A DNA stretch of 63,927 nucleotides, counting the filler, from Octopus bimaculoides (taxonomy: Eukaryota), in assembly GCF_001194135.2 (NCBI RefSeq). It is 7 parts of 6 records of this genome, joined end to end, with 100 filler letters (N's around TTAATTAATTAA, not from the genome) between each part and the next. Parts side by side here need not be neighbours in the genome. Positions count along the whole stretch, not along the records: positions 1 to 24,141 come from NC_068987.1; 6 more parts are not named here. One strand, 5' to 3'. The notes under the pieces were generated by a model. The model searched no databases, was not told the origin of the DNA, and worked only from the letters and a program-made list of their open reading frames with translations. The position numbers and the translations under genes were made by a program. The stretch's first letter is position 1; each line of letters begins with the position of its first letter. Shown here piece after piece: positions 1 through 12,439 of the stretch.

Positions 1-896
1 AGTTGGTACCGCCCCCTGAGACCATCGAAGCAATAAAAAAAAACCGTGATCTACAAGGTGTACAACTTGAAGGAGAAAAAAATCATGGAAGCTAAAAATG
101 AAATAGTTGAGCGGTGCTTGGCACCAATTTGGAAGAAAATTCGCTACGTCTGCCGAGGAGTGAAAAGTGCAACAATAGAAGCACACTTCGAGTCGGAAGA
201 CGTAGCGAGGGAGGTGTCAACACAGACACTTAAAAAATGACCAAATACTGCTGCTGCCTACGTATTTGGGCCGTAGAACGGCGAAAATAACAGTCGAAGA
301 AATTCCCGAAGGATACGATGTATATTGGGTAGCAACCGCAATACTTTATGACGTAGGGGGGAAGCTCTCAATCTTGAGTATGAAGCGGAAAGAAGCTACA
401 AATTGGAAGGGCCAAAGTTTCGAAATGGTCCTTCAAGCAGATAACGCTGTCCTTGAAAATTTACCGGATAGACTCTTCGTGGGGGAGGGGCGTACCGTGC
501 GTGTATCGGTAGAGGGACGTAGGCCTAGATGTTTTAAATGCGGGAAGAAGGGCCACGTTCGTTCAGCCTGCACACAAAAAATGGCGGATACCCCTCCCCA
601 AAGCGCTGTGATAAACACAGAAAAACATGAAACGGACACTACATCAACTAAAGAAAATACAGGGGGAAAAAAATCCCTGAAACCCAAAAGGAGGAAAAAA
701 TAAAGAACGTAAAACAAAATAAGAACGAAAAAGAGGAGGAGGAGAACCTAGTGAACGGAAAAGAAATACATTTCACAACGGTGTCTCACAAAAGAAAAAA
801 AGGCAATACCCCGGACTCCCCACCCCAAACAAAAAAATTATTGACAAAAAAGACGAACAACAAAAAGAAGAATTCCCCAGACCTACCCCGCTGGCA
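1..896 (+). pseudogene. Degenerate non-LTR retrotransposon ORF1 (gag-like, L1/Tx1-type) with CCHC zinc knuckle
   Basis: ORF 266-703 contains RCFKCGKKGHVRSAC (CX2CX4HX4C) followed by a Lys-rich tail. Removing one A from the run at ~232-237 fuses ORF 46-240 to ORF 266-703 (...QTLKNDQILLLPTYLGRRTAKITV...). Ends at an N-gap. Confidence 0.72.
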
Positions 897-996
897 NNNN
901 NNNNNNNNNNNNNNNNNNNNNNNNNNNNNNNNNNNNNNNNNNNNNNNNNNNNNNNNNNNNNNNNNNNNNNNNNNNNNNNNNNNNNNNNNNNNNNNN

Positions 997-1042
<46 letters not shown>

Positions 1043-1374
1043 TGCATAGATTTGTACAGGTATAAATTATTGATCATATTTAAGCAAGTATATTAGGAAG
1101 AAAGAAATTCTGCAAGTCAGCAGATGATAGTAATGTAGAAAACGATGAACATGTAAAGCAAGAAGTGACAAATTATCAGAAAGTGTATGTGTTCCGTTAT
1201 GTTCATATCAGATACCTCCACTTTACAGTTACCGTACGTAATCTCTGCCAACAATGTATGTTCTTTTCTGTTTTTAATTATTTGAATTCTTCTACTGAAA
1301 AAGAAGATTGTTCCTAACAAACTGACAATGCACCATCGTTGGAATGCAAATAACAAAACTAATGTTATATTTTA

Positions 1375-2010
1375 AGCTTGAGTGGAGTCTTGCACATTTT
1401 TACTGTTCCACATACAGATAGCATTCGTAACGTGCGAGTTAGTTGGTTGATTTCTTTTTCTGAAAATCAAAGTTCATCCAAATTGTCTCTTAGGTTTATA
1501 CTCACAAAACCAAGTGCATCAATCATTATTTGTATAAATGTGAATTATGTAATCTGGATATCGAAACGGGAGGTTTCGAAGCAGTTATCGATAATTAGCA
1601 TCTTTCTTTTGATTTTTAAAAAGATATTCACATCAGCAGGTCAGCTAGTCTACATGACGATATATACTCTTTCTTGTTCCCAAACAACAATGTTTAGCCT
1701 GTTATGGTAACACTTGACAAATATTCTGATGGGACCATTCCACAAGTATTCCTTGTATTGAAGGTTGTGTATGTATTCACTAACAATGAGATTCTCTATA
1801 TTGATTTCACGACAGTAATTTTTCCGAATGGTACTGTATATTGTTCTTGCATCAACGTCGTATCGTATTGGGAGGTCATACCTAGATGACATTTTTGGAC
1901 ATCTGCTAATAACATGGATAATGTCTTCCACAGAAATATGACATAACTTACATTTTCGGTTGCATCTTGCAGCTCCCAGGGCTTCACTGTCTTTTTGTTT
2001 ACTAGGCACT
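1375..2010 (-). mobile_element. R4/Dong-type (REL endonuclease) LINE 3' remnant, highly degenerate
   Basis: Minus-strand CKLC..EDIIHVISRCPKM (zinc finger) and YLWNGPI...HNRLNIVVWEQE (degenerate HNRPDIVV of the PD-(D/E)xK nuclease), with stops and frameshifts. Confidence 0.75.
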
Positions 2011-2109
2011 TCATAGCAATCTCTTGTTCTTGGATTGCAAATGCATAGCCTTCGGAATATGCATGTATATTTATGTGAAGGCACGTGACCTAGTGATTTA
2101 CGATTTGCC

Positions 2110-2345
2110 CTCAACATCGCAACATTGTGGCTTTGATGCTAAGATCGAGCTGTGCTTTTGTGCTCTTGAGCAAAACACTTCATTTCAGGTTGCTCACGAT
2201 CACTACGACATTTTGGGGAATCGTACATCTTGCACCCGTAGAGGCAATATCGATTTGGTCGAGGAAGTGAGCTAAAGTACATCAGAAGGTCTTGCTTACT
2301 ATAAACAAATCAACCTTTCAGCGGTTGTTCTGCAAGAAATTGCCG
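2110..2345 (+). mobile_element. SINE fragment (same family as 18725-18965)
   Basis: Shares ...ttgagcaaaacacttcatttcaggttgctcacgatcact... with ...ttgagcataacacttcatcgcacgttgccctgcgatcact... at ~18.8 kb. Confidence 0.5.
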
Positions 2346-3261
2346 ATCCACCGTCAGTCATTTACGACAGAAGAGCCACCATATGTATGTCTACTATGTA
2401 TGTATATCCACTATGGATGTGTGTACATATATACTCATACATCATAATTAACATAGTTGCTACCACAGGTGAGTCGCTGTTATCTTTAGCAGTCGAGCGT
2501 CCATCGCCGACAAGACCAAGGAAGGTGGAAATCACGTGACATAGTGGTCTCAATGCTGGACTTGGTGGGGATCTATCTCCCAGCTAGTGATATGAACAAG
2601 CCTAGATGAGAGTTTCTTTCATGGTATCTATCGCAGCATAGTTCGTACTAATTTTAAGTGAGAATAATTTTACATAGTGTTTATGTATTGAATGCAGTGT
2701 TATTGAATCATTAACTTCAGATATTTTGAAGCCTATTTAGTAACAGCATGGGTAAGGCAGGGACGCGACACGACTGGGTTTCCTCTGTTTGTGCAGCTGC
2801 AAATGAAGAAGAAATATTTAACTGGGTTTCTCTAGATATTATAGGACTTGCTATAAGTATTCAATATTTCAAATGGACATTAGGACATCGCTGCAGTCTT
2901 GTGTTCGACAAGACAACCAGTGAGAAAATTTGGAAAACAGTCAGCTGTCTAGATAAACTGGAATCAAGTATTTAAAGCCAACGTAGGAAAAACTGATATA
3001 TGTCAATAAGAAAATATTTACATTTTCTCTTGTGCCATGCTTCATGTCAGATATAGGCGTTGTACGCGTAGATGTGATTTTCACAATCGTACAGTAATTC
3101 AAGAAATTAATAACTTAACATGCAATAAAAAGGGATGGAGAAATAGACAAGAGTCAATTACAATTTACGATTACCTTCCAGTTATCAATATATATATATA
3201 TACTTTACATTCTGCTAGATTGGTAAAATCATTAGAAAATCAGATACATGTATTTACATCA

Positions 3262-3312
<51 letters not shown>

Positions 3313-3369
3313 ACACTCTCTCCCCCAGTCTCCTCCTCTCTATCCCCCTCTCTCTTTCTCTATACATAT

Positions 3370-3930
3370 ACTTACATATAAATCACTTGATTCACAAGAA
3401 GCGATGAATTACAGGACTCAATGCAAAAGCAGAGTATTTTCTAATACATTATAACTGAATGGATCCAATTTCTAATACTTGGAGTTGTTCGTTTCTAATT
3501 CATCAGCTGGTAACCGAGTCTGGTTTTCTTTGGAATATACACAGTCCAGAATAATTTTTGAAATCTGAAATGAAAATTTGAAGGAAATGCTTATCCTTAC
3601 GTTCTTTTGTTTAAGCTCCCGTTCCAGTAATGTTGCACATTTTGTACAATGAATTCATGAGGATTTGTCTCACGCAAAAACCATATAAATTTCGACAAAG
3701 CCTTAGCACATTTTCTGTGGAAGTTAATAAATGAATATTTATGCTTGTAATAATAGTTTTCAAAGTGAGTTCCGTTGCCCCAGTATATGTTTGATTCAAC
3801 CTTTGTACTGTATACTATCCGCTTTGCCAGGTACCTCTAGTCAACAATCCTCTCCAATTCTTTTGTTCCATAGTGTTTGTCGGCTAGCTGTTTGCATGTC
3901 TCTTCTATTTAGCCTAGTGACATTATAACC
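3370..3930 (-). mobile_element. Penelope-like element (PLE) 3' remnant: GIY-YIG endonuclease plus 3' terminal region
   Basis: Frameshifted minus-strand peptides IVYSTKV, TYTGATELTLKT and YYKHKYSFINFHRKCAKALSKFIWFLRETN match PLE GIY-YIG motifs. A CTGATGA lies downstream at ~3500 on the minus strand. Confidence 0.75.
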
Positions 3931-4873
3931 TCTGATATAAGACTCGAATTTTTTTCAAGCTGAATAGCTAACCTCAAAATTTAATATTTTTCTATATTTA
4001 TGCCCTGGCGGAAAATGGAGATTCATTAAATTAAAAAATTTTCTGACTATATTAGTTGTTAGCGTTAGGCTAAATACTAGGTTGTATCATCAAATATTTT
4101 TTCCTTTTCATTTACTTCCACTGTTTTTTACGTAACTAAGCCTATCAGAGTACCCGCATACATACATACATACATATGTGTATGTGAGTGTGTGTGTATC
4201 TGTGTGCGTGCGTATTTGTGTGTTTGTGTGTGTGCGTGTATTAAGTGAGAAGTTGCTTTGTACCTTCTGATACTTAAAGATTCGTGGACGCGAAAATACG
4301 TCTGTATCCTCGGACATTCGAAGTACTCACTACATTCTCACACACACGCGCGCGCGCAATCACTCACACATACATACACACATATATATGTATGTCTATA
4401 CATACATGCGTGTGTGTATCTGTGCGTATGAGGGTGTGTGTGAGTTTAATCCTTGAATGGAATTTATAAACATTTAATGCATCGCTATGCAGGTTTCCAC
4501 AAATTACATGTCACTTAAGATCACAGCTCGTAGTCCTGGGAAGATTACAGTGTAGTCCATAGTATCTGTGGGCATCGGGAAGATCATCTTCATGGATTCA
4601 TTTCTTCAGGTGATATAACATTAATGGGTGTTTACAAGAGGGATGTGATCTTAAGAGACATACAATTTGTGCAAACGCGCGTAGTGATGCATTAAATGTT
4701 TATAAATTTCATCCTAGGATCATTGTCATTATTACCATATTTAACCTACATTATATCGATACAGCTCGATGCAACCCCCAAAATTGGTTCCCCACCCTGC
4801 GTCATTAGACTGGCCGGCATAATGAAATTGGAGATTTATTTGTATATTCGAAACGCTTTTCGTAAATAAATTT

Positions 4874-5740
4874 TAAACGAGGTCTGATCAATAAGTTGCC
4901 ATAGTAACGAAGCTAAAGCACGCCGAGTACCCACATACATAAGATTGATCTGGAACTCCGCTGTGCATGCAGACTCAGTTTAACATTTGAGCTTACTTCT
5001 ACTGCTTACAGCATTGCTTAGAAGGAAGGTGTGTAGCGTGTGATCGCCGCATTGACCATGACAGAGAAAGTTGTCATGGCGATACCTGCTCAGAGTCCTA
5101 CGCAAAATTGCAGAAAGTGTATGGAGAGGAGTGTATGAGCCGCACACAAGCGTACGTATGGTTCAGACGTTTCCAAGATGGCCGAAAAAATGTGGATATT
5201 AACGAACGTTCTGGGAAACCCGCAACCAGCAGTACTGAGAAAAACATCACAGATGTGCGTGCAGCTGTAAGGGGAAATCGTCGAATAACTATCTGTGGGT
5301 TATTAGAGGATGTTCAGATTAGTTACGGTTCAGTTAAATACATTATCACTGAAAATTTGTGTATGAGACGCGTGTCTGCCAAGTTTGTGCCAAAAAAGCT
5401 GTCAACTAACCAAGAAGAGACTCGGGTTTCAGTTTCACAGAATGTGCTTGATTGTGTCGAGAACTTTGCGTAGGCCTGTAAGAAGATACCACCAAGCTTG
5501 TGGCAAAATTTGATACAGCTTCTCTGCTGAACGTTTTCTGTCATGTTCAATGCGACGATCACACGCTGCACACCTTCCTTTCAAGCACTGCTGTAAACAG
5601 CGGAAGTGAGCTAGAATCGAAACACTTAATGCGTATGCACAGCAGAATTCAAGGTGAATATGTGCCAAGCAACTTCACTCTGCGTACTTTAGCTTCGTTA
5701 CTATGGTAACAGTCCGGATACCTATTGATCAGCCATCGTA
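4874..5740. mobile_element. Non-autonomous mariner with two inverted 5' ends (head-to-head); N-terminal transposase fragment on +
   Basis: ORF 5108-5473 has the mariner HTH region (AYVWFRRFQDGRKNVDINERSGKP...RRVSAKFVPKKL). 5466-5740 is a reverse-strand second copy of TIR + 5'UTR + MTENVQQRSCIKFCHKLG. TA at 4874 and 5739. Confidence 0.88.
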
Positions 5741-5799
5741 GATAGACAGATAAATAGATAGATAGATAGATAGATAGATAGAAAATAGATAATTGTTAA

Positions 5800-7045
5800 A
5801 GAGGACAACAAACGTTAAAGCAAGACAAACATCTCCAGTTGTATACGTTATTATTATTGGAAAAATTCTAAGTTTTACAGTTGTTTCTTGGATATCCCAA
5901 AGTATGGGATATCCCGTAATTGGAGATAAATAGGGAAAGCGTGAAGGGTATAGATTAATGAAATGATGATATAGAGTACAGGAGAAAAGGAATAAAGAAA
6001 TGAAAAAAAAGAAGGAAATAGAAGCATAAAAGTTCACAGTTCAACTTTCCAATAGTGTGGATGTTAGTCCATGAGTCCTTAAGTGCAACTCTGTGTAAAT
6101 TCATGTATGGTTATAGCCTTAATAGAGTAAATATCCAGAGGTAAACGCGACCGTTCGTAAGAGAATGGTAGCGGAGGGGGTTATTACGGGATAACGAGAA
6201 ATAATAAAGAGAAGGAGGAAGTTATTGGTAGGGAAGCAGGAGGTACAGAAAGTGAAGGAAGAAAGCAAGGATTGGTACGAAGGATAAAATAAGTTATATG
6301 AAAATATAATGTACAAAAATAAACAAGAAGATAAATAAATATATAAGGGTAAATGAGAGAGAATTAGGTAAATGAAGATAACGTAAAAAAATACAAAATA
6401 AAGTAAAATGAAAGGGTTTCAAAGAGAATAGTATGTGCCTGTGCTATTCTTCTAGCTTGTAGGCGTTGGAGAGGAAATCTAATAGTATGTGCTTGTGTCC
6501 GTTTTATAGCTAAGGTCAGTGACTCTAGAAATAATTTTAGTTATGGGGGTATGAGTGTGTAGGTAGTCGTGAATGGAAAGACCAGTTGAATGTAAAATTA
6601 TTTAAGAATAAGAGTTACAACTAAATATTATGGGATTCATTAGGTTAAGGTTTTAAAATAAATTAAAGAATTAACAGTTATCTTGTAAGATGCTAAAGTT
6701 GATAGAAGAGATATACAAGGGCATGTATTAACGATCATAGAGATATGTATGTGAGGGTTAATGTGTGTAGGTGGGGTTAGTTTGCATTTGGATTTATAGA
6801 AAAATTTATAAGTGCGGAAGAATTTGTGTTCACACTTTGTGAAGGTTTCGTTGTGTTTGTTAAGCAATTGTGGTGAGTTATGCGTTAAAAGTTTGAGGGT
6901 TGAGTGGTTGATCCGATATAGTAGCTATTGGAGTTATTTAATGTCCTAGAACAGATAGTTGCAACTGCAGATCTGGGACCGACTGCCCGCTGCAAACTCT
7001 ATGCAGAAGATTCAACGTGATATACCAATGCACCGTCACATATTA
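5800..7045 (-). mobile_element. Penelope-like element remnant with an inverted segment at ~6951-7038
   Basis: Minus strand gives RTLNNSNSYYIGSTT...RITHH...SALINF (second half of GIY-YIG). The motif that should precede it, CNCRSGTDCPLQTLCRRFNVIYQCTV, is on the plus strand at ~6960-7037. The left boundary is approximate. Confidence 0.68.
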
Positions 7046-7099
7046 ATTGTTTAGTCCGGTTTTTCATATATACATATATATCTGTATATNNNNNNNNNN

Positions 7100-7139
<40 letters not shown>

Positions 7140-8519
7140 TTGTGTGTTTATGTGTGTGTATGTGTGTGTTTGTATGTATATGTGTCTGCGTGTATGTACA
7201 AAGATAAATAGATTGGTAAATAAATAAATAGATAGATAGATAGATAAATATACTTGTGTGTGTCTACATGCGTAGGTATATGTATGGAAGTATATATTTC
7301 TATACGCAGCTGCACGCAAAATGCACACACATATACAGATTCACTCACTCACATATTTTGTTTTTTAAGCTATTATCACTATACGTAATTTGCTAGTTAT
7401 CTTTGCTTATATACTATTTCTGTATAAGTAACGCTTAAGCGTTTGAACCTGGTGAATTTGTTCCCCTTTGCAAGATTTACTTTCTGCATCATTTGACACG
7501 AGTAAAAGTTGTTTTGTTTATTTCCTGTATTTGGTTCATAATGCTTAATAAAACAATTGGAAGTTTTCTAAATTATCCAACAGCTTTCTTACTACTTTCT
7601 TACTGAAACAGCGCCTCTAATTAGTTGTTTTCTTTGTCATTTGTATTTGGAAATTCATTATGCTTTCTTAATGCTTAATAAATGTTTGAATATCCACATA
7701 TTTTGACAATTTTCCGCGCATCGCAAAATCTATGATATTTCTTCGTCATTATTGCAGTCCAAACAGTTCTTTTGAAGTACGTTGCTGCCATACTAATGGA
7801 CAATGACACTTGAGTTTGATTTGATTTTTTTCCCACTAATACCAATAAAAATCTTTCTCTCCAATTTTCAAACAAGGTTTCCATTTACTTGCTGGTATTG
7901 ATCTGTTTATTTTGTCGTATCAGAAGATCATTCTGCTATCTTCAATGTTTTAATGCTGATAAACTCAGATGATACGCCCAACATGACAACATCCATAAGA
8001 AATTTCGATGCTACTTTTACGTACAGTCTGCTGCAGTATATAAAGTTTACATTGTGAAATGACCTGATCTGGGTTAGAGTTAAGGTTAGGAACACTTTGG
8101 AAATATAGAGTGAAAATTCAGAGGACCAAGGTGTTTTAGTGCTTCCTCAACAAAGGATGTTGTCTTTAATGAAATCCTGCAGTGAAACATGTCAGTATAG
8201 TATTTTGGGACCGATAAATATAATTTGCTTGTTTTCTTATTTTCGCGTTAACTTCTTCATTATTGAGGGCTCGGGTACTCCAGTTTACAATATTGCTTCA
8301 ACAACAATCTAATTTCGTGAGGAATGTTATTAGAGACACCTCACTTCTATAAAGTTTGAGACGTTTGGATTATTGACAGAACAGTCAGAAAAGAAATGAA
8401 AACTTGACTTTGAAACATCTGCTTTTGCACTTGTGGTTCATAAGCTATTCTTTTAAAGCAACATACATACAAATGGGTTTTTTTATATCTTTCATAAAAC
8501 ATGTTCAAGCAACAGATAT

Positions 8520-8695
8520 TTTAAAGATAAACAAGCTACGGTTACCAGCTGAATGAGTTATCACATTTAACTGGGAATATTTTAATTATGAAGCTATCGC
8601 TTCTTCTGTTATAATGTACTAAAAAAAATTACTCTAAGCTGAGATTCTTGAGTTCTGTAATTTATTGCTTCTCGGTGAATCAACAGAGATTTATA
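8520..8695 (+). repeat. Diverged copy of the PLE 3' terminal region seen at 3370-3520, in opposite orientation
   Basis: cggttaccagctga...gttataatgtac...tgagttctgtaatttattgcttctc..tgaatcaa aligns by eye with the reverse complement of 3370-3520. Confidence 0.65.
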
Positions 8696-9342
8696 TATAC
8701 ATACATACACACAAATACATAAATACATATATATATACATATATATATATNNNNNNNNNNNNNNNNNNNNNNNNNNNNNNNNNNNNNNNNNNNNNNNNNN
8801 NNNNNNNNNNNNNNNNNNNNNNNNNNNNNNNNNNNNNNNNNNNNNNNNNNNNNNNNNNNNNNNNNNNNNNNNNNNNNNNNNNNNNNNNNNNNNNNNNNNN
8901 NNNNNNNNNNNNNNNNNNNNNNNNNNNNNNNNNNNNNNNNNNNNNNNNNNNNNNNNNNNNNNNNNNNNNNNNNNNNNNNNNNNNNNNNNNNNNNNNNNNN
9001 NNNNNNNNNNNNNNNNNNNNNNNNNNNNNNNNNNNNNNNNNNNNNNNNNNNNNNNNNNNNNNNNNNNNNNNNNNNNNNNNNNNNNNNNNNNNNNNNNNNN
9101 NNNNNNNNNNNNNNNNNNNNNNNNNNNNNNNNNNNNNNNNNNNNNNNNNNNNNNNNNNNNNNNNNNNNNNNNNNNNNNNNNNNNNNNNNNNNNNNNNNNN
9201 NNNNNNNNNNNNNNNNNNNNNNNNNNNNNNNNNNNNNNNNNNNNNNNNNNNNNNNNNNNNNNNNNNNNNNNNNNNNNNNNNNNNNNNNNNNNNNNNNNNN
9301 NNNNNNNNNNNNATTTATTTATATATATATATAGTGCATATG

Positions 9343-9376
<34 letters not shown>

Positions 9377-9380
9377 TGTA

Positions 9381-11465
9381 CTAGCAGAAACGCCTGACAT
9401 TTATTAGGTTGAAAAAAGCTGTCGAAATTGTACTTTGAATACTGAAACTTTTTCACTTTGATTGTATTGAACATATATAAGAAATGGTTGTTAACTTTCA
9501 TGTAGACAATAGAGGTGGTTTTTGTTCTTTTGGGCCAATATTATCGTGCATGCATATAAACTTCTGATCTATGATCTATAGTATTTCAGTCTAGTATAAG
9601 ATGAGTAAATAAGAGTTCGAGGAAAACTAAATACATATGTACTATAATTTATTGAATCTGAGTGTTACAACAAACAAACAAACATACAAATTTTTTTCTT
9701 AGAGGAATATACTATGACGTTGACGATATCAATTCATAGGTATTAATCATTCTGCAAATCTTAGTTCGTTGATCCCATGGTTAAAACCTCCTTATAGACA
9801 ATGTTTCGGGTTTTACCAGTATGAGGAAAAATGAAAAGATTGTTCTTGGTCCCCACTCTGGTTGTCCCAACATATGTTGTGACGAGTGAGAAACAGTTTT
9901 CTTCTAATTGCAAACCAGCAACTTTAAAAGTCTTATCTTGGAACTTATTAATACACATCGTAAAAGACAGACGGGCATATTGCAAAATATTATAGGTAAG
10001 CGCGGAATAAAAATATCTTCCCTTTTCCACAGCCAGAAATTCTTGTGACCTGTATGACATTTCTCAATTTTTTCTTGACAATTCTTGTGCCATTGTTGCG
10101 CAGAAAGGTTGCACACAAGCATGATTGGAGCGCCTATTTTCAATGGAAGGCAATAGGAGGAACTCCTGGTAGTTGCAGTGACTTTGAGAACTCAACCGGG
10201 TAATAGACTATTTCCGATTCATCCACAACAGATTCTATAGATTTGTAAGTATGTTCGTTTACTGGTAAATGTTTCTCGAGTGTTTCATTTAAATTATTCA
10301 CAGTAACGTTCTTTGGGGCCGTGATTGCTCTTTCGCACAACCAAGCAGCATTTGTGTAATTTGAAATTATACTGGAAAATTCTTTTCAATAAGTTCCTCA
10401 ACCGAGCTGACCAAGGTGCAGATTTTTAATTGATTCAAGTCACCTTCATGATTGATATCTAGCCTTCCTTCTCCAAGTTCCAAAATAGTATGGTTAAATT
10501 GTTCCGAAAGATGATCCCCTTGCAAATGTGCCCTCATATTTGTAGAAAGATTTAACACTGATATGTTTCCATAAAATAGAAGATCTCAAGCATGGTTTCA
10601 ATTCATCCGCCTTTATTCCCCTGGGAATCACTGGCAAAGTTTATCTGAAATCTTTTGAAAGTACTACTGTCATATGTTGCATAAACAATTGGAATTGCGT
10701 AAATCCTGTTAACAGATTCTATTCATTTCTTATGGGACATTAGCTTCGCCCCATATGATCAAAGAACATTTCATGAGAGCTTGAGCTAAAGAGGAACTTT
10801 TACTAATATTGCAGACAGGTTCATCATTTGAAGTTAGATCGAATGCTGTGTGAGCTTTTCAAACCCCTGGGAGTAAAGTCTCAGCAATTCCAGAGCTCGC
10901 TACAGATAAGACTATTTCCTTTTCCTGCCGGACTTTGGCTAGCACTAAATTTGTAGCAAAAGATTTTCCATTTCCTACTGGTGCGTCTAAAAATTATAAT
11001 CCTCATCTCTTATGTGTCACCTGGTCGATGATTGTTGTATATGCAAGTTGTTGGTCTGGCAAAAGTTTCGGGACAATTTCTTCAAGGAATCTTGTTAATG
11101 AATCAACATCATATGAAGTTCATCGCAAAACGTTTATGATCAAATTATTCCTCTCATTTCGATGAGTTTCAGGTAAGCCAAACTTGCTGGTCTCCTCCCC
11201 TCCATTTGAGACAACTCGATCTTGAATACCAACAAATGCAGAATGATATGTCATCGTTGAATGCTATTTCCCTCTCAGGGAATCTTAATTGTGCTAGATA
11301 TTTGTAGTCTAATGGATTACTTACTTCACAATTCAGGAGAATAATTGCAAAAATATTTCTCAAAGGAATAGATGTGCGTGAGACTGAAGCCTCAGCCATT
11401 GTTCTATCCTACCGGTTGTCATCTTCTAACAAAACACGAACAGTTTGACTATCAACTATTCTTAG
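9381..11465 (-). mobile_element. Helitron remnant: PIF1-type helicase half of RepHel with 3' CTAG terminus
   Basis: Minus-strand fragments: [97 protein letters not shown] and GKTRNIVYKEVL. The element ends ...ctgCTAG|t at 9381. Confidence 0.92.
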
Positions 11466-11551
11466 GAAAGAGAAGGAAGTAGCTTGTGGACATAACATAT
11501 AATATATACGTATGATATATATAACATAATACAATACGATATATATAATAT

Positions 11552-12141
11552 ACTGTTGTAATGACGGGTTGGATCTCTAAATTCTTCAGGAATCATTCTC
11601 ACATTGATTATCTGTAATTTAATGCTGCGACCTTGTTGGAATCGTACTAATTCTGGACGGATTATCAATTTTGCATATAGTTTTAGACCATTATTTTTAA
11701 TGCAGTTTTAGACAGAACTATTGTCTTATTACAGTACGATCAAAAGCTACAAAATTATTTCCATGAAAGACAATCCAAGGCTAATGTGATCTATGACATT
11801 TGCAATTGTATTGTGTGGATGTGATCCATGGACATACTAAAACAAATTCAATGACATGAAATTGTCAGCATTCGAATCGAAATGAGGATTTTGCAGAATC
11901 CTTAGCATTGAATGAAAGGATTACTAAATAAACAAGTCNNNNNNNNNNNNNNNNNNNNNNNNNNNNNNNNNNNNNNNNNNNNNNNNNNNNNNNNNNNNNN
12001 NNNNNNNNNNNNNNNNNNNNNNNNNNNNNNNNNNNNNNNNNNNNNNNNNNNNNNNNNNNNNNNNNNNNNNNNNNNNNNNNNNNNNNNNNNNNNNNNNNNN
12101 NNNNNNNNNNNNNNNNNNNNNNNNNNNNNNNNNNNNNNNNN

Positions 12142-12179
<38 letters not shown>

Positions 12180-12439
12180 CCCTTTAGACAGAATGGAATG
12201 CTGTATCCATGTTCTGTACATGGCCTCCGACACAGACATGCAAGAGGAAAACAGTATTTTCAAACTGACTGGAGATGTGATTGTAAAAAGTCTATCCCGC
12301 TTACGATACGGCAGATACCTGGTAGTAATGTTATAACGGGCAACGGATTAAGTTACAAGAGTTACATTTCAGGATTGAACTCAAAACGCTAAGATCCAGA
12401 GTAAATACTGTAAAAGTTCCAACCCGTCATTACAACAGT
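11552..12439. mobile_element. Unclassified TIR element with perfect 22-bp terminal inverted repeats
   Basis: ACTGTTGTAATGACGGGTTGGA at 11552-11573 and its exact reverse complement at 12418-12439. The interior is non-coding and includes an N-gap. Confidence 0.6.

Noticed and set aside
2797-2975. Possible exon (AANEEEIFNW...IQYFKW...SLVFDKTT) after a good acceptor
   Set aside because: No convincing donor, and the peptide fits a receptor-domain fragment or a decayed DDE transposase equally poorly.
6010-6050. VNFYASIS on the minus strand resembling a Penelope RT motif
   Set aside because: It lies 3' of the GIY-YIG remnant, the wrong order for a PLE ORF; probably chance.
7380-8000. Possible decayed transposase and a weak ~55-bp direct repeat
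   Set aside because: No diagnostic motif could be read in any frame.
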